Assembly: GCA_040878325.1 (NCBI GenBank)
Contig: JBBDMM010000006.1
Location: forward strand, 192,418 to 256,417
Length of the DNA stretch: 64,000 nt
DNA from: Acidimicrobiia bacterium
GTDB taxonomy: Bacteria; Actinomycetota; Acidimicrobiia; Spongiisociales; UBA11373
Direction: 5' to 3'
A model generated the notes under the pieces. The model did not search any database. It had not been told where the DNA came from and saw only the letters and a program-made list of their open reading frames with translations. Below are positions 1 to 10,410 of this stretch, in pieces (positions within the stretch are counted from its first letter, which is position 1; each line of letters starts with the position of its first letter). The translations under genes and the position numbers were made by a program.

Positions 1-53
1 GCTGGCCGCGGCCGAGATCGCGGTACCTTGAGCCGTCGACCACAATCTCGTTC

Positions 54-788
54 ATGGAGCACCGACTAGGGCTCGCCGTTGGGGCCTTGCTGACGGCATC
101 GTTGTTCGCCTGCGGGGACGATGCGACGACGACCCTCGTCACCACTACCACCCGCGCAGCGACGACGACCACGGTCGCTCCGACCACCACTCTGGCGCCA
201 ACCTTCTACTCGGCGGATGCGGTCGCCTACTTCGAGGAGGTGGCGTTCGGGCAAGAGTTCGGTGGCGACGCTCCCGAGATCAGGAAGTGGACCCACGACG
301 TGCGGATGGTCGTCCACGGCGACCCATCCGACGAGGACCTGGTGACTCTGTACGACGTGATCGCCGACCTCAACACGATGATCGGGACGATCGTGATCGA
401 CATCGTCGCCTCCGATGGCAACTTCGACATCCATTTCGCCCCAGAGTCGGAGTTCGCCGCGATCGAACCGAACTACGTGCCTGTGAACATGGGTTTCTTC
501 TGGGTGTGGTGGGACGGCGGGGGGAACATCACCGACGCCCGCGTTCTTATTTCGACTTCCGGCCTCACCCAGCCAGAGCGGAACCACCTCATCCGCGAAG
601 AAGTCACCCAGTCACTGGGGCTGATGCGCGATTCAATCCGGTTCGAGGACAGCATCTTTTATCAGGGGTGGACCGAAACCCAGGAGTATTCGGAGTTCGA
701 CGAGTTGTTGATCGAGATGCTCTACCTTCCGGAGATCGAGCCACAGATGACGGCCGCGGAGGCTCGGGCGGTCATCCCGGGTGGTTGA
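54..788 (+). CDS. DUF2927-like lipoprotein
   Basis: Lipobox LFAC, Thr-rich linker, motif RNHLIREEVTQSLGL..DS...DSIFY. Confidence 0.75.
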   Translation: MEHRLGLAVGALLTASLFACGDDATTTLVTTTTRAATTTTVAPTTTLAPTFYSADAVAYFEEVAFGQEFGGDAPEIRKWTHDVRMVVHGDPSDEDLVTLYDVIADLNTMIGTIVIDIVASDGNFDIHFAPESEFAAIEPNYVPVNMGFFWVWWDGGGNITDARVLISTSGLTQPERNHLIREEVTQSLGLMRDSIRFEDSIFYQGWTETQEYSEFDELLIEMLYLPEIEPQMTAAEARAVIPGG

Positions 789-1520
789 TCAGGTCTCATA
801 CGGTTCGGCGGGCTGGGTGGTGGGCACGTGCGCCACGAACTGCAGGATCGGAATCTTTGCCGTCCCCTCGAGGTGCACCACCTCTCCGGTCCAGGTGGCG
901 TCGACCTTCATCCATTGATCGGTCTCGGGGATGTCCGGCACACCGGTGATGATCACCTGGAGGGCCGATGCGTCCGAGGCGCAACACGCAATCTGGAATC
1001 GAGTGAGCCGGTACGCCCCCGGGATGTCCGTCTCCGGCGCGACAAATCCGATCAGGCGGACCGTGACGTCCTCGACCTGCTCGGGCTCGTAGTACACCCG
1101 GAGAATCAGGTCCCAGAAGGTGGCCTCGACTGCTCCATCTACCTCGGCACCGGGAAGCGGGCCGAGCCCCCTTGCCTGGGTACCGGAGATGAGCTGATTC
1201 TGGCCCCCCCGGCTGGCGGCGAACGAACCCAGGGGAGCCGGGGCGATGAGATACACCGCGATCACCGGTACCAGCAGGATCAGGCCGATCCGGGTGGCGG
1301 CGACGCCGTGACCGTGACCATCGTCGTCTCGATTCGTCCGACCCGAGCGGGCCACTGCGATAGCGCCGATCACGGCCACAAACAACGCGGCTGCCAGTAA
1401 CGGAAACCTCAGCCCGAGCTTCACATATGAGGTATGTCCCCCGTTGAGGGCCAGATTGGCGACCATCACCGCCACCGCCACCAACACCGCGCCCTGGGTC
1501 TCCGGCCTCACAGCAACCAC
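789..1520 (-). CDS. TIGR03943/DUF1980 (YcgQ-like) permease partner
   Basis: N-terminal TMs, His-rich loop, LTRFQIACCASDA motif; coupled to the upstream permease. Confidence 0.8.
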   Translation of the reverse strand: MVAVRPETQGAVLVAVAVMVANLALNGGHTSYVKLGLRFPLLAAALFVAVIGAIAVARSGRTNRDDDGHGHGVAATRIGLILLVPVIAVYLIAPAPLGSFAASRGGQNQLISGTQARGLGPLPGAEVDGAVEATFWDLILRVYYEPEQVEDVTVRLIGFVAPETDIPGAYRLTRFQIACCASDASALQVIITGVPDIPETDQWMKVDATWTGEVVHLEGTAKIPILQFVAHVPTTQPAEPYET

Positions 1521-2491
1521 ATCCCGAACAGCGCCGCCGAGGCGGTGGCAACCACGGCGGTCATTGGGGCGAAGCGCGAGGCGAACCGCGAGCCGAAGAC
1601 TCCCACCTGCATCGATGCCAGCTTCAGGTCGACTGCCGGGCCCACCACCATGAAGGTGAGTTGGGCCGTGGGCGAGACCTGGGTGAAGCTGGCGGCCACG
1701 AAGGCGTCTGCTTCCGAGCAGATCGACAGCACGATGGCGAGGATCGCCATCACCGCGATTGCGAGGAGTTCGACCTCGCCGATTCCGGTGAGCCAGGATC
1801 GCGGCACGAATACTTGGATCGCCGCGGCTGCTGCCGCTCCCAATACGAGGAAGCCGCCGGCCTGGAGAAAATCGTGCCGCGCCGTGCTCGCAAAGGTTTC
1901 CCAGCGGGAGTCACCGATGTGGCTGCGTTTCATTGCCCGCTCGATGAGCCGCTTGGGATCGAAGCGGAGGGCGATCAAGCCCATCACCACGGCGGCGACG
2001 AGAGAGGCGGCGAAGCGAGCAATGACCAATCCGGGCCGGCCGGGGAAAGCGACCGCGGTCGAGACGAGTACCACGGGGTTGATCGCCGGTGCAGCCAGCA
2101 TGAAGGCGAGCGCCGCCCCCGGAAGCGCCCCACCGGAGACCAGACGACCCGATATCGGGACCGCGCCACATTCGCATCCGGGAAGCAAGACACCGGCACA
2201 TCCGCCGGTGACCACTGCGGCCACCCGATTCTTGGGTAGGACCCTGGTGAGGCGCTCGGCGGGCACGAAGGCGGCGATCGCCGCAGCGAACGCCACCCCG
2301 AGCGCGAGGAACGGCGTCGCCTGAAGCATTGTCGATACAAAGAGGGTGGACCATGTCTGGACGACCGGTCCGTCGAACCATGGTGCCAGCAACGGACGCA
2401 ACAGGACCGCCCCCACCACCGTTAGGACGACGATCTCGAATCCGGGGATCCGGCGGCGGGCACGCGGCTCGACCGCGGTACCTGAGGTCAT
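1508..2491 (-). CDS. DUF318 (YcgR-like) permease
   Basis: PGCECGAVP, LAAPAINP and SICSEADAF motifs. Confidence 0.85.
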   Translation of the reverse strand: MTSGTAVEPRARRRIPGFEIVVLTVVGAVLLRPLLAPWFDGPVVQTWSTLFVSTMLQATPFLALGVAFAAAIAAFVPAERLTRVLPKNRVAAVVTGGCAGVLLPGCECGAVPISGRLVSGGALPGAALAFMLAAPAINPVVLVSTAVAFPGRPGLVIARFAASLVAAVVMGLIALRFDPKRLIERAMKRSHIGDSRWETFASTARHDFLQAGGFLVLGAAAAAAIQVFVPRSWLTGIGEVELLAIAVMAILAIVLSICSEADAFVAASFTQVSPTAQLTFMVVGPAVDLKLASMQVGVFGSRFASRFAPMTAVVATASAALFGMWLL

Positions 2492-2598
2492 GGCCAGGAG
2501 GGTACGGCCGAACGGGACCTTTGCCTATGACTCACCGGTCAGGGTCCTTACGAACCAGTCCTCTTCGACCGGGTCGTTCGACCCAATAGGCTGACCCC

Positions 2599-3030
2599 AT
2601 GCAGTCCGAGGTGACCGTCGCGGTCGAAATCCCCCTGGTGGGTGATCACCGGCTCAAGAACTGGGCCAAGGTGGTGACGAATGTCGATCCGGACCAGAAC
2701 GGCGGGTGGGCGTATGACGGTGAGTTCATCGCCGCGGGGGGCGTCCAGGACGTGATGGCCCCATCGGTTCTCCTGGTGTACGGCGAGCGTGGGTCGCGCG
2801 GCGATCCCCGCTCCGAGGCCCACCTGTATTTGGTCAACACCGACGCCACCCTGAGTCTCCATGCGACGGCCTCAGGCCGGGCTTGGGCCCGAACCCTCCG
2901 CGACCCCGTGATCGAGTTGCTCGACCGCGACAAGCCGCTTCCGGTCGCCCGCCCCTGGGACGAGGCCCTGATCGGCTACTCCGACGAGGCGCTGCGACAG
3001 GAACTGGAGCGGCGAGAGGGGTCGGCTTGA
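2599..3030 (+). CDS. hypothetical protein
   Basis: 143-aa ORF with natural-looking composition in an otherwise intergenic space. Confidence 0.65.
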   Translation: MQSEVTVAVEIPLVGDHRLKNWAKVVTNVDPDQNGGWAYDGEFIAAGGVQDVMAPSVLLVYGERGSRGDPRSEAHLYLVNTDATLSLHATASGRAWARTLRDPVIELLDRDKPLPVARPWDEALIGYSDEALRQELERREGSA

Positions 3031-3056
3031 TTCCAGGAGGGTTGCCCGGACGGCTG

Positions 3057-3713
3057 CTACACCAGCACCGTCGTCATGCCGATCCGCGGGTTCAGCGGCT
3101 GTTCGTGGTTGACCACTGTGGTTGCGACATGCCAGGCACCACGAGACCCTTCGGGCACTGAGGCCTTCCGGTAGATCTCGGCGGCAAGCTCCCCCCTCTG
3201 GGTCACCCGTGACAGGTAGTCGGCATCATCACTCGAAGTTCCGGTCAGCTTGTAGATGGTGACGTGCAGATGCGCGTGGTGGTCGTCCAGCGGTGTCGCA
3301 CCGATGATTCCCTCGGCGATCAGCACCTTGAGCGGGTCGTACACGAACTCGCGCCACGCATCGGACTCGGAGTCGGTGTCGAATTCGGCATAGAGGATGT
3401 GCCGGAATCCTCCACCGAGCAACCGACTTCCCTCGTCCGACATCGGTAGTTCAGCCTGGAGGAAGTGCCCGGTCTTTCCGACCGGCGTCCATGACTCGTT
3501 CGCAACGTCATTCATGCTTGGTTCTCCCATCGCTGGATGCTTCTTGGACCGAGAGCCGGGCGGCCAAATGCCGGAGGCGGCGACCAACAGGGCAATGAGC
3601 AACCCGAGAATCGCCGGAATCGAACCCACGGCCCACTTCGTGGCTTGGAGCAGGGCAATGACCGCGGCGAGCACCAGACCGGTGACGATCATCCACTTCC
3701 GTCGGCGGCTCAT
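3057..3713 (-). CDS. hypothetical membrane-anchored protein
   Basis: 218-aa ORF with two N-terminal hydrophobic helices. Confidence 0.6.
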   Translation of the reverse strand: MSRRRKWMIVTGLVLAAVIALLQATKWAVGSIPAILGLLIALLVAASGIWPPGSRSKKHPAMGEPSMNDVANESWTPVGKTGHFLQAELPMSDEGSRLLGGGFRHILYAEFDTDSESDAWREFVYDPLKVLIAEGIIGATPLDDHHAHLHVTIYKLTGTSSDDADYLSRVTQRGELAAEIYRKASVPEGSRGAWHVATTVVNHEQPLNPRIGMTTVLV

Positions 3714-3852
3714 TTTCCCCTCCGCGCTGCGTATCGCCGGTCCATCAAGACCCGTTCCATTCGTCGCGAGCGGCGCTTCGCCCTGCGAAACCTACTCAAC
3801 CATTGTTCCGGTTGCCGGGGGTATGCCCGGATCCGGCCGGTAGATTCCGCTG

Positions 3853-6750
3853 GTGGTCGACTCAACAGATCGTTATGACCGCTTACGAGGACCCGACGGC
3901 GCACCGCGGGCTCGATCCACGCCGCGTCGTCCCACGCCGCCGACGGGCACCGTCACTTTCCTCTTCACCGACCTCGAGGGGTCAACTCGAATGTGGGAGC
4001 GGGACCCCGCCGGCACCGGCGCCGCGATCGCCGGCCACGAGCGGTTGCTACGCGGAGTGGTGGGTGCCAGCTCGGGAGTCGTGGTGAAGGGGACCGGCGA
4101 TGGAGTTCTCGCGGTCTTCTCGTCGGCGAACGACGCCCTGGCCGCCGCGGTCGAGATTCAACTCGAGGTGGGCCGCGTCGGCATGGCGAGATCCCGGGTC
4201 GCCCTTCACACTGGTGAGGCCGAAGCCCGTGACGGCGACTACTACGGCGTTGCACTGAACCGCTGTCAGCGGGTCATGTCGATCGGGCACGGCGGACAGA
4301 TCCTCCTCACCCTGGCCACCGAGGAGGTTCTCACTCGACCCTTGCCTGACGGTGTCGTTCTCATCGAGGTTGGTCGCCACCGTCTCCGGGACGTATCCGA
4401 GCCGATGCTCTTGTTCCAGGTGACCCATCCGGGGCTGCGGTCCGACTTTCCCCCGCTCCGCTCATCGGAGACCTTCGCCCACAATCTTCCGGTCCGGCTC
4501 ACCGACTTCGTGGGGCGACAGCGCGAACTCGCTGAGGGAGCACAGGCAATACGCGACTCTCGCCTGACTACGTTCACAGGAATCGGCGGAGGTGGGAAGA
4601 GCCGCCTCGGCCTGGAGGTGGCCACTGCCGTCCTCGACGAGTTTCCCGGAGGGGTGTGGCTGGTGGAGCTTGCGCCAATCACTGAAGCGGCGTTGGTTCC
4701 CAGAGCCATCGCCCAAGTGCTCGGCGTCCCCGAGGAGCCGGGCCGAAGCCTGTTGGATTCGATTGGCTTTCGGCTGGGGCAGGCACCTGTTCTTGTGGTC
4801 CTCGACAATTGCGAGCATCTCGTTGAGGCGAGCGCCCTTGCTGCTGATCATCTCCTTCGCAGCGTTCCCGGGCTCCGGATACTGGCCACCAGCCGGGAGA
4901 AGCTTGGCGTCCCGGGTGAGAAGATCTACGTCGTTCCTCCGATGTCGGTGCCGGACGAGGACGAGGCCCGCTCGGCGGTCGCGGCGATGGACCATGACGC
5001 GGTTCGGCTGTTCGCCAAGCGGGCGGCGCTGGCGGAACCCGGGTTCATGGTTGTTGACCAGAACAGCGTCGACGTGAGCCGAATCTGCCGCCTGGTCGAC
5101 GGGATCCCGCTTGCGATCGAGCTCGCTGCGGGAAGGGTCGGAAGCCTGACCGTGATTCAAGTCGCCGATCGACTCGAGGGTCGCCTCGAGCTGCTGGGAG
5201 GTGGCAGCAGAACCGGGGAGCACCGCCACCAGACGATGCTGGCCGCTCTGGAGTGGAGCTATGAGTTGCTGTCGGGCGAGGAGCGAGGGCTCCTTGCTCA
5301 GCTCGCAACCTTCCGCGGGAGCTTCGAGCTTGCTCAGGTTGAAGCCATCTGTCGGGTCGAAGGCGACGGCGAAGTCCTCGGGACCGTGATGGCTCTGGTG
5401 GAGAAGTCGTTGCTCACTCACGACCCGGCAACGGGCCGTTACCGGCTCCTCGAACCAGTACGGCGTTATGCCTGGGACAAGCTGGTGGAATCGGGGAAGG
5501 ATCAGGCCCTTGCCCGAAGCCATGCGCTTTTCTTTGCCGACCTCGTTGACGATGCTTCCGATGTCGGGTTAACCGCAAGATTGAATCGACTCGAACAGGA
5601 ACACGACAACGTGCGGGCGGCGTTGCGCTGGTCGCTCGAGACCGCCGATGGGGATCTCGCGTTGCGGATCGGCAGCGCCACCTGGGACTTCTGGAAGCTC
5701 CGGGGCCACCTGGCGGAAGGACTCTCATGGCTGGAGCGGGGACTGGATGCCTCGCACGAGGCGCCGCCGGCGGTGCGGGCGCGGGCGCTGCGGGGTGCCG
5801 GCGATCTGGCCAACGGGCAGGGTGATGTCGCCCGTGCCAGGCGGTACCTCGAGCAGTCTCTTCTTCTGGCTGAGGAGCTTGGTGACGACGCCGGCGCGGC
5901 CGAGAGCCTCACCAGGCTCGCCGCCATTCCTCACCGGGAGGGCAGACTCGTCGAGGCAACCCACTTGTACGAAGAGGCGCTGGCGCGGGAGCGCCGCGGT
6001 GATGACCCGTCCAGGGTGGGGCACATCCTTGCGAGCCTGGCCCTCCTTTCCGAGGATCAGGGCCACTCCGACCAGGCCGAGACGTATGCGGCCGAAGCAC
6101 TACTGACCAGGCGGAAGACCGACGACATTTACGTTGCCGCCGATGCCCAACTCGCCTTGGGGGAGATCAGGATCAATCGCGGGGACCATGAGGCGGCTCG
6201 CGAGGCACTCGACTCAGCGCTGAGCGAGGCCCGTAAAGCCGGTTTTCCGGATGTCATCGGGTGGGCTACCGCATATCTGGGGAAGCTCGCCCTGAGCGAG
6301 GGTCGGATCGAGGATGGCGAACGGCTGCTTTCTGAGAGCCTGGCCATGTTCCAGCGGCTCGGTCTGCCCGTAGCCGCGGCATGGGCGATGCGCCACCTGG
6401 GCCGTGGTGTGCTCGAATTGGGGGATGTGACGCGAGCGGAGGCTCTTCTGCGGGAAGCGTTGCACATCTCACTTGCCCAGGTCAGGCCCGATGTCCCCCT
6501 CGTCCTACAAGCGATCGTCGAGCTCGAAGTGCGCCGGGGAAGTCTGGAGAAGGCGGCCACATTGTCGGGAGCCGCCGAGGCGACCCGGAAACAGATGGGT
6601 TTGAAACTGCCTACGCGGGAGCAGGCCGCCGCCGAAGCAGCGACTGACGAACTTCGGACTCAGCTGGGTGCGGAGCGGTTCGAGTATCTGGCTGAGCGCG
6701 GAGCGGCGATGAGCCTTGAGGAGGCCTGTGCCCACGCTGGAGAGTGGTGA
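3853..6750 (+). CDS. class III adenylate/guanylate cyclase - STAND NTPase - TPR protein
   Basis: VTFLFTDLEGST, GDG, HTGEA..RDGDYYG..LNR; P-loop GIGGGGKS; LVVLDNCEH; GIPLAIELAA; C-terminal helical repeats. Confidence 0.9.
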   Translation: MVDSTDRYDRLRGPDGAPRARSTPRRPTPPTGTVTFLFTDLEGSTRMWERDPAGTGAAIAGHERLLRGVVGASSGVVVKGTGDGVLAVFSSANDALAAAVEIQLEVGRVGMARSRVALHTGEAEARDGDYYGVALNRCQRVMSIGHGGQILLTLATEEVLTRPLPDGVVLIEVGRHRLRDVSEPMLLFQVTHPGLRSDFPPLRSSETFAHNLPVRLTDFVGRQRELAEGAQAIRDSRLTTFTGIGGGGKSRLGLEVATAVLDEFPGGVWLVELAPITEAALVPRAIAQVLGVPEEPGRSLLDSIGFRLGQAPVLVVLDNCEHLVEASALAADHLLRSVPGLRILATSREKLGVPGEKIYVVPPMSVPDEDEARSAVAAMDHDAVRLFAKRAALAEPGFMVVDQNSVDVSRICRLVDGIPLAIELAAGRVGSLTVIQVADRLEGRLELLGGGSRTGEHRHQTMLAALEWSYELLSGEERGLLAQLATFRGSFELAQVEAICRVEGDGEVLGTVMALVEKSLLTHDPATGRYRLLEPVRRYAWDKLVESGKDQALARSHALFFADLVDDASDVGLTARLNRLEQEHDNVRAALRWSLETADGDLALRIGSATWDFWKLRGHLAEGLSWLERGLDASHEAPPAVRARALRGAGDLANGQGDVARARRYLEQSLLLAEELGDDAGAAESLTRLAAIPHREGRLVEATHLYEEALARERRGDDPSRVGHILASLALLSEDQGHSDQAETYAAEALLTRRKTDDIYVAADAQLALGEIRINRGDHEAAREALDSALSEARKAGFPDVIGWATAYLGKLALSEGRIEDGERLLSESLAMFQRLGLPVAAAWAMRHLGRGVLELGDVTRAEALLREALHISLAQVRPDVPLVLQAIVELEVRRGSLEKAATLSGAAEATRKQMGLKLPTREQAAAEAATDELRTQLGAERFEYLAERGAAMSLEEACAHAGEW

Positions 6751-6888
6751 TCGAGAAAGTCGAATCGCAGTTTTATCTCTTCACACCTTTCAATCTTCGG
6801 CCCGCTCTCGCGGGCCTGTCTCATCTAGTACGAAGTAACGACATCAAGTGGATGGGTCGGGTCGGGTGCGGGGTCTACCCTCGCGCTC

Positions 6889-8148
6889 ATGTCCGACCCC
6901 TCCACCTCGACTCCGATCGGACACCAGGGGGCTCCTCCCGCCATTCGCCGCCGCCTCACTGGGGTGCTGTTCGCCGGGGTCGGCATCGGCCGGACCGGCT
7001 ATATCGCCGCGGTCACGGTCACGACTCTGGTGGCCAAGGACCTTCTTGGCTCGGCGACCCTGGCCGGTCTCCCCGGAGCGGTGGCGGTGCTCGGCTCGGC
7101 ACTTGGCGGGTCACGGCTTTCTGCACTTATGGATCGACGGGGCCGCCGACAAGGGATGATCACCGGCTACTCACTGGTGGTGCTCGGCGCCGGAGTTGCC
7201 GCGTTCGCCACCGCCATCGGCTCCTTCCCGCTGCTGGTGGTGGCGCTCGCCGTATTCGGGTTCGGATCCAGCGCCGACAATCTGGCCCGGTACGCCGCTG
7301 CCGACCTCAACCCGCCGCATCGTCAGGGTTCGGCGATCGCGTTCGTGGTGTGGGCGGGCACCATCGGCTCGGTGTTGGGGCCGTCCCTACTGGCACCGAG
7401 TGAAGCCTTTAGTCGGTTGATCCATATCGAGGAGTTGGCCGGTGGCTTCCTCCTCGCCGCGGTTGCCGGAGGGATCGCTCTGCTGGTCGTCGGGAGCATG
7501 TTGCGGCCCGATCCACTGGAGTTCGCCGACCGGGGCGAGCCAAATGCGCCCTCACGGGCCGTGGGGGGCGCCTCGCCCACGGTGCGCATCGCGGTGGCCT
7601 CGCTTGCCGTCGGCCAGGTGGTGATGGTGCTGATAATGGCGATGACCCCGATCCATGTGCGTGACCACGGCCACAGCCTCTCCACCGTGGGCTTGATCAT
7701 CTCTGCCCACACGCTGGGGATGTTCGCGATGTCGCCGTTGACCGGAGCAATGGCCGACCGTATCGGTCGGCTTCCCGTGATCCTCACCGGTCACGGAATC
7801 CTCGCGCTAGCCGCGGTCATGGGCGCAGTCGCCGACGAGCACGCCACCGGGTTGCTGACCGCGGCGCTCTTCTTGCTGGGCCTGGGTTGGAACTTCTCCT
7901 TCGTCGCCGGAAGCGCCCTGCTCACCGAAGGCGCCGCACCGGCCCGACGGGTCCGGCTGCAGGGGGTGGGTGATGCGGTCCTGTGGACCTCGGGAGCGAT
8001 CGCCAGCCTGTCGTCCGGCCTGCTGCTGGCGGCGAGCAGCTTCGCGGTGCTGTGCCTGGTGGGAGCGGCGCTGACGGTCGTTCCGGTCCTGGTGATCCTC
8101 CGCGAGCGATTCGCCGGACGCCGACCGGCACCCGACGCGGTCGTGTAG
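6889..8148 (+). CDS. MFS transporter
   Basis: About 12 TMs; motif A-like MDRRGRR and ADRIGR. Confidence 0.85.
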   Translation: MSDPSTSTPIGHQGAPPAIRRRLTGVLFAGVGIGRTGYIAAVTVTTLVAKDLLGSATLAGLPGAVAVLGSALGGSRLSALMDRRGRRQGMITGYSLVVLGAGVAAFATAIGSFPLLVVALAVFGFGSSADNLARYAAADLNPPHRQGSAIAFVVWAGTIGSVLGPSLLAPSEAFSRLIHIEELAGGFLLAAVAGGIALLVVGSMLRPDPLEFADRGEPNAPSRAVGGASPTVRIAVASLAVGQVVMVLIMAMTPIHVRDHGHSLSTVGLIISAHTLGMFAMSPLTGAMADRIGRLPVILTGHGILALAAVMGAVADEHATGLLTAALFLLGLGWNFSFVAGSALLTEGAAPARRVRLQGVGDAVLWTSGAIASLSSGLLLAASSFAVLCLVGAALTVVPVLVILRERFAGRRPAPDAVV

Positions 8149-8168
8149 GTGCAGAGGGGGGCTGGAAG

Positions 8169-9344
8169 GTGACGGTGGTGGTCGGCTTCCTGCTGGCGGC
8201 AGTGGCCCTGCTCACCGTAGGCCATCGCAAGGTCCGACCCCTGGTGGCGGTCGGGGCGCCGACGGTCGTGGCACTGATTTTCGGCGTAGTCACCACCGAT
8301 GAGGCGAGGGCCTCGATCGACCCGCTGATCGAACCGGTGCTCTTTCTTGTCTTTGCCGTTCCGCTGGCCATCCAACTCGATCGAGTTGGCTTCTTCGATG
8401 CGGCTGCGGGACGGGTGGCGGCGGGTCATCGATTGAGGCCATCGCTGTGGGTGTTCGCGGCGGCGGTGACCACTGTGTTCAACCTCGACGCCGCGATCGT
8501 GCTCCTCACGCCGCTGTACGTACGGATTGCCTACCGCCACGGACTCGATCCTCTGCTGACGGCGTTTCAGCCCGTTCTTCTGGCGGCGCTGGCATCCAGC
8601 GCTCTGCCGGTCTCGAACCTGACCAACCTCATCGTCGCCGCGGAGACCGGTGCGTCGTTCGGAGAGTTCCTGCTGTACCTCGGACTCCCATCCCTGGTGG
8701 CCACGGTGGTTGGGTGGATGATGTTTCGCCGCAGCCAACTCTCCGCGACGATTCCAGTGGTGCTCGAGGCCGAGCGCGGAGATCCGCGGCCCCTCCGAAT
8801 CGGCGGCTCGGTCGTCGTGTGGCTTCTCGTGGGATTCACTGCGGGCGACGTCCTGGGGATTCCCGCGTGGATGGTGGTTGCTTCGGCTCTGGTGCTGCTC
8901 TCGGTGGGGACGAGAACGCTGCCCGTCCGTGGAATCCCTATCGATGCCATCGGCGTCGTGCTCGGGTTGGGAGTACTCGCCGGCGCCGCTCCGGCGCACC
9001 TGGGGCTGGGGATTCTGCTCGGCGGCGAAGGTGCGATCGCTGAGGCCCGAGCGCTCGCGGTGGGGATCGTGGGGTCCGACATCGTCAACAACCTGCCGAT
9101 GCTCATCGCCGGGCTGCCTCACGTCGAAGGGGGCACCGCCTGGGCCCTCTTGCTCGGCACCAATCTGGGTCCGGTGTTGTGGCTGAGCGGCTCGTTGGCG
9201 GGCCTGCTCTGGCTCGACATCGTTCGCCGCCTCGGTCTGCAGGTGACCCCGCTCCAGTACGCCCGGGTGGGATGGAGGGTGGGGCTCCCGGCGATCGCCG
9301 CCGCAACCCCGGTGCTGCTGGTCATCTCGAGGCTGGCGGGTTGA
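8169..9344 (+). CDS. ArsB/NhaD-family (SLC13) permease
   Basis: NLDAAIVLLTP, LPVSNLTNL, VNNLP and GSLAGLLW motifs; GTG start at 8169 inferred. Confidence 0.8.
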   Translation: MTVVVGFLLAAVALLTVGHRKVRPLVAVGAPTVVALIFGVVTTDEARASIDPLIEPVLFLVFAVPLAIQLDRVGFFDAAAGRVAAGHRLRPSLWVFAAAVTTVFNLDAAIVLLTPLYVRIAYRHGLDPLLTAFQPVLLAALASSALPVSNLTNLIVAAETGASFGEFLLYLGLPSLVATVVGWMMFRRSQLSATIPVVLEAERGDPRPLRIGGSVVVWLLVGFTAGDVLGIPAWMVVASALVLLSVGTRTLPVRGIPIDAIGVVLGLGVLAGAAPAHLGLGILLGGEGAIAEARALAVGIVGSDIVNNLPMLIAGLPHVEGGTAWALLLGTNLGPVLWLSGSLAGLLWLDIVRRLGLQVTPLQYARVGWRVGLPAIAAATPVLLVISRLAG

Positions 9345-9352
9345 GCCGCGGC

Positions 9353-10336
9353 TCACGCGCCGGGCTGTCCGAGTGACAAGACGACCTTCCCCTGGGGATG
9401 GCCCTCACCCAGGTATCGGAACGCCCCCTCGAACTCGTCGAAGCGAAAGGTGCGATCGATCACCGGACGGACCCGACCGTCGGCGAGCATGTCGCGCAGT
9501 GTCTCCATGTCGGGCTTGTTGAACTTGGCGATGAAGAACTTCGCCTGGCGCCTGCTGAACATGCCGCGGAGTTTGATCCGAAGCACGTGACCGAGCGGGC
9601 CGATCACCCCGCCCATGCGACCACCCACCACTATCACCCGAGCCCTCGGGGTGAGAACCCGGCGCAACTGCCGCCATGACCGGTTGCCGGCGATGTCGAT
9701 CACCAGGTCGAACTTCATGTCGAGCCGGGTGGAGTCCTCGCTCGAGTAGTCCACGACGCGATCCGCTCCACCGGCCCGAGCCGCCTCCAGCCCGCGGGGA
9801 CCGCATACCGCGGTCACATCAGCACCAAAGGCCTTGGCGATCTGGACAGCGAAGGAACCCACCCCGCCCGAGGCGCCGTTGATGAGAACCCGCTCACCGG
9901 GTTGCACCCCACCGTGATCGCGCAGCGCCTGCAGCGCGGTGATCGCCGCCACCGGGATGGCTGCCGCCTGCTCGTGGGTGATCCCGGCCGGCTTTCGCAC
10001 TACGGCCCGGTCGTGGCGCGGAGTGATGTACTCCGCCAGTGCGCCATCGCGGCCGCCGAACACTTCGTCGTCGACCTGGAAACCGGAGACGTTCTTGCCG
10101 ACCTCTTCCACCACGCCGGAGTAGTCGGTGCCGAGGCGCTCGCTCTTCGGGCGCCGCCACCCCATCGACGGCCGCCCCACCAAAGGCCGGCCGACCATGG
10201 CGTACCAATCAGCCCGATTGAGCGAGGTGGCTGCGACCCGGACGAGCAATTGGTCGTCGTTCGGGACGGGGAGGGGCAACTCGGCGAACTCGAGCACGCT
10301 TGGTCCCCCGAAGCGCTTGCGGATGATCGCCCTCAT
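9353..10336 (-). CDS. NAD(P)-dependent MDR-family oxidoreductase (alcohol dehydrogenase/quinone reductase-like)
   Basis: VLINGASGGVGSFAVQIAK, GKVVL; ATG at 10336. Confidence 0.85.
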   Translation of the reverse strand: MRAIIRKRFGGPSVLEFAELPLPVPNDDQLLVRVAATSLNRADWYAMVGRPLVGRPSMGWRRPKSERLGTDYSGVVEEVGKNVSGFQVDDEVFGGRDGALAEYITPRHDRAVVRKPAGITHEQAAAIPVAAITALQALRDHGGVQPGERVLINGASGGVGSFAVQIAKAFGADVTAVCGPRGLEAARAGGADRVVDYSSEDSTRLDMKFDLVIDIAGNRSWRQLRRVLTPRARVIVVGGRMGGVIGPLGHVLRIKLRGMFSRRQAKFFIAKFNKPDMETLRDMLADGRVRPVIDRTFRFDEFEGAFRYLGEGHPQGKVVLSLGQPGA

Positions 10337-10346
10337 CAGTAACTTC

Positions 10347-10393
10347 CTTACTATGTAAGTCTGTGTCCGAGCAAGGTACACGTACATCGTAAG
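10347..10393. promoter_or_regulatory. two probable TetR operators in a divergent promoter
   Basis: Palindrome CTTAC-TAT-GTAAG (10347-10359) and near-copy CGTAC-ATC-GTAAG (10381-10393), both followed by TCTGT. Confidence 0.7.
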
Positions 10394-10410
10394 TCTGTCA
10401 AGGTGGTGGG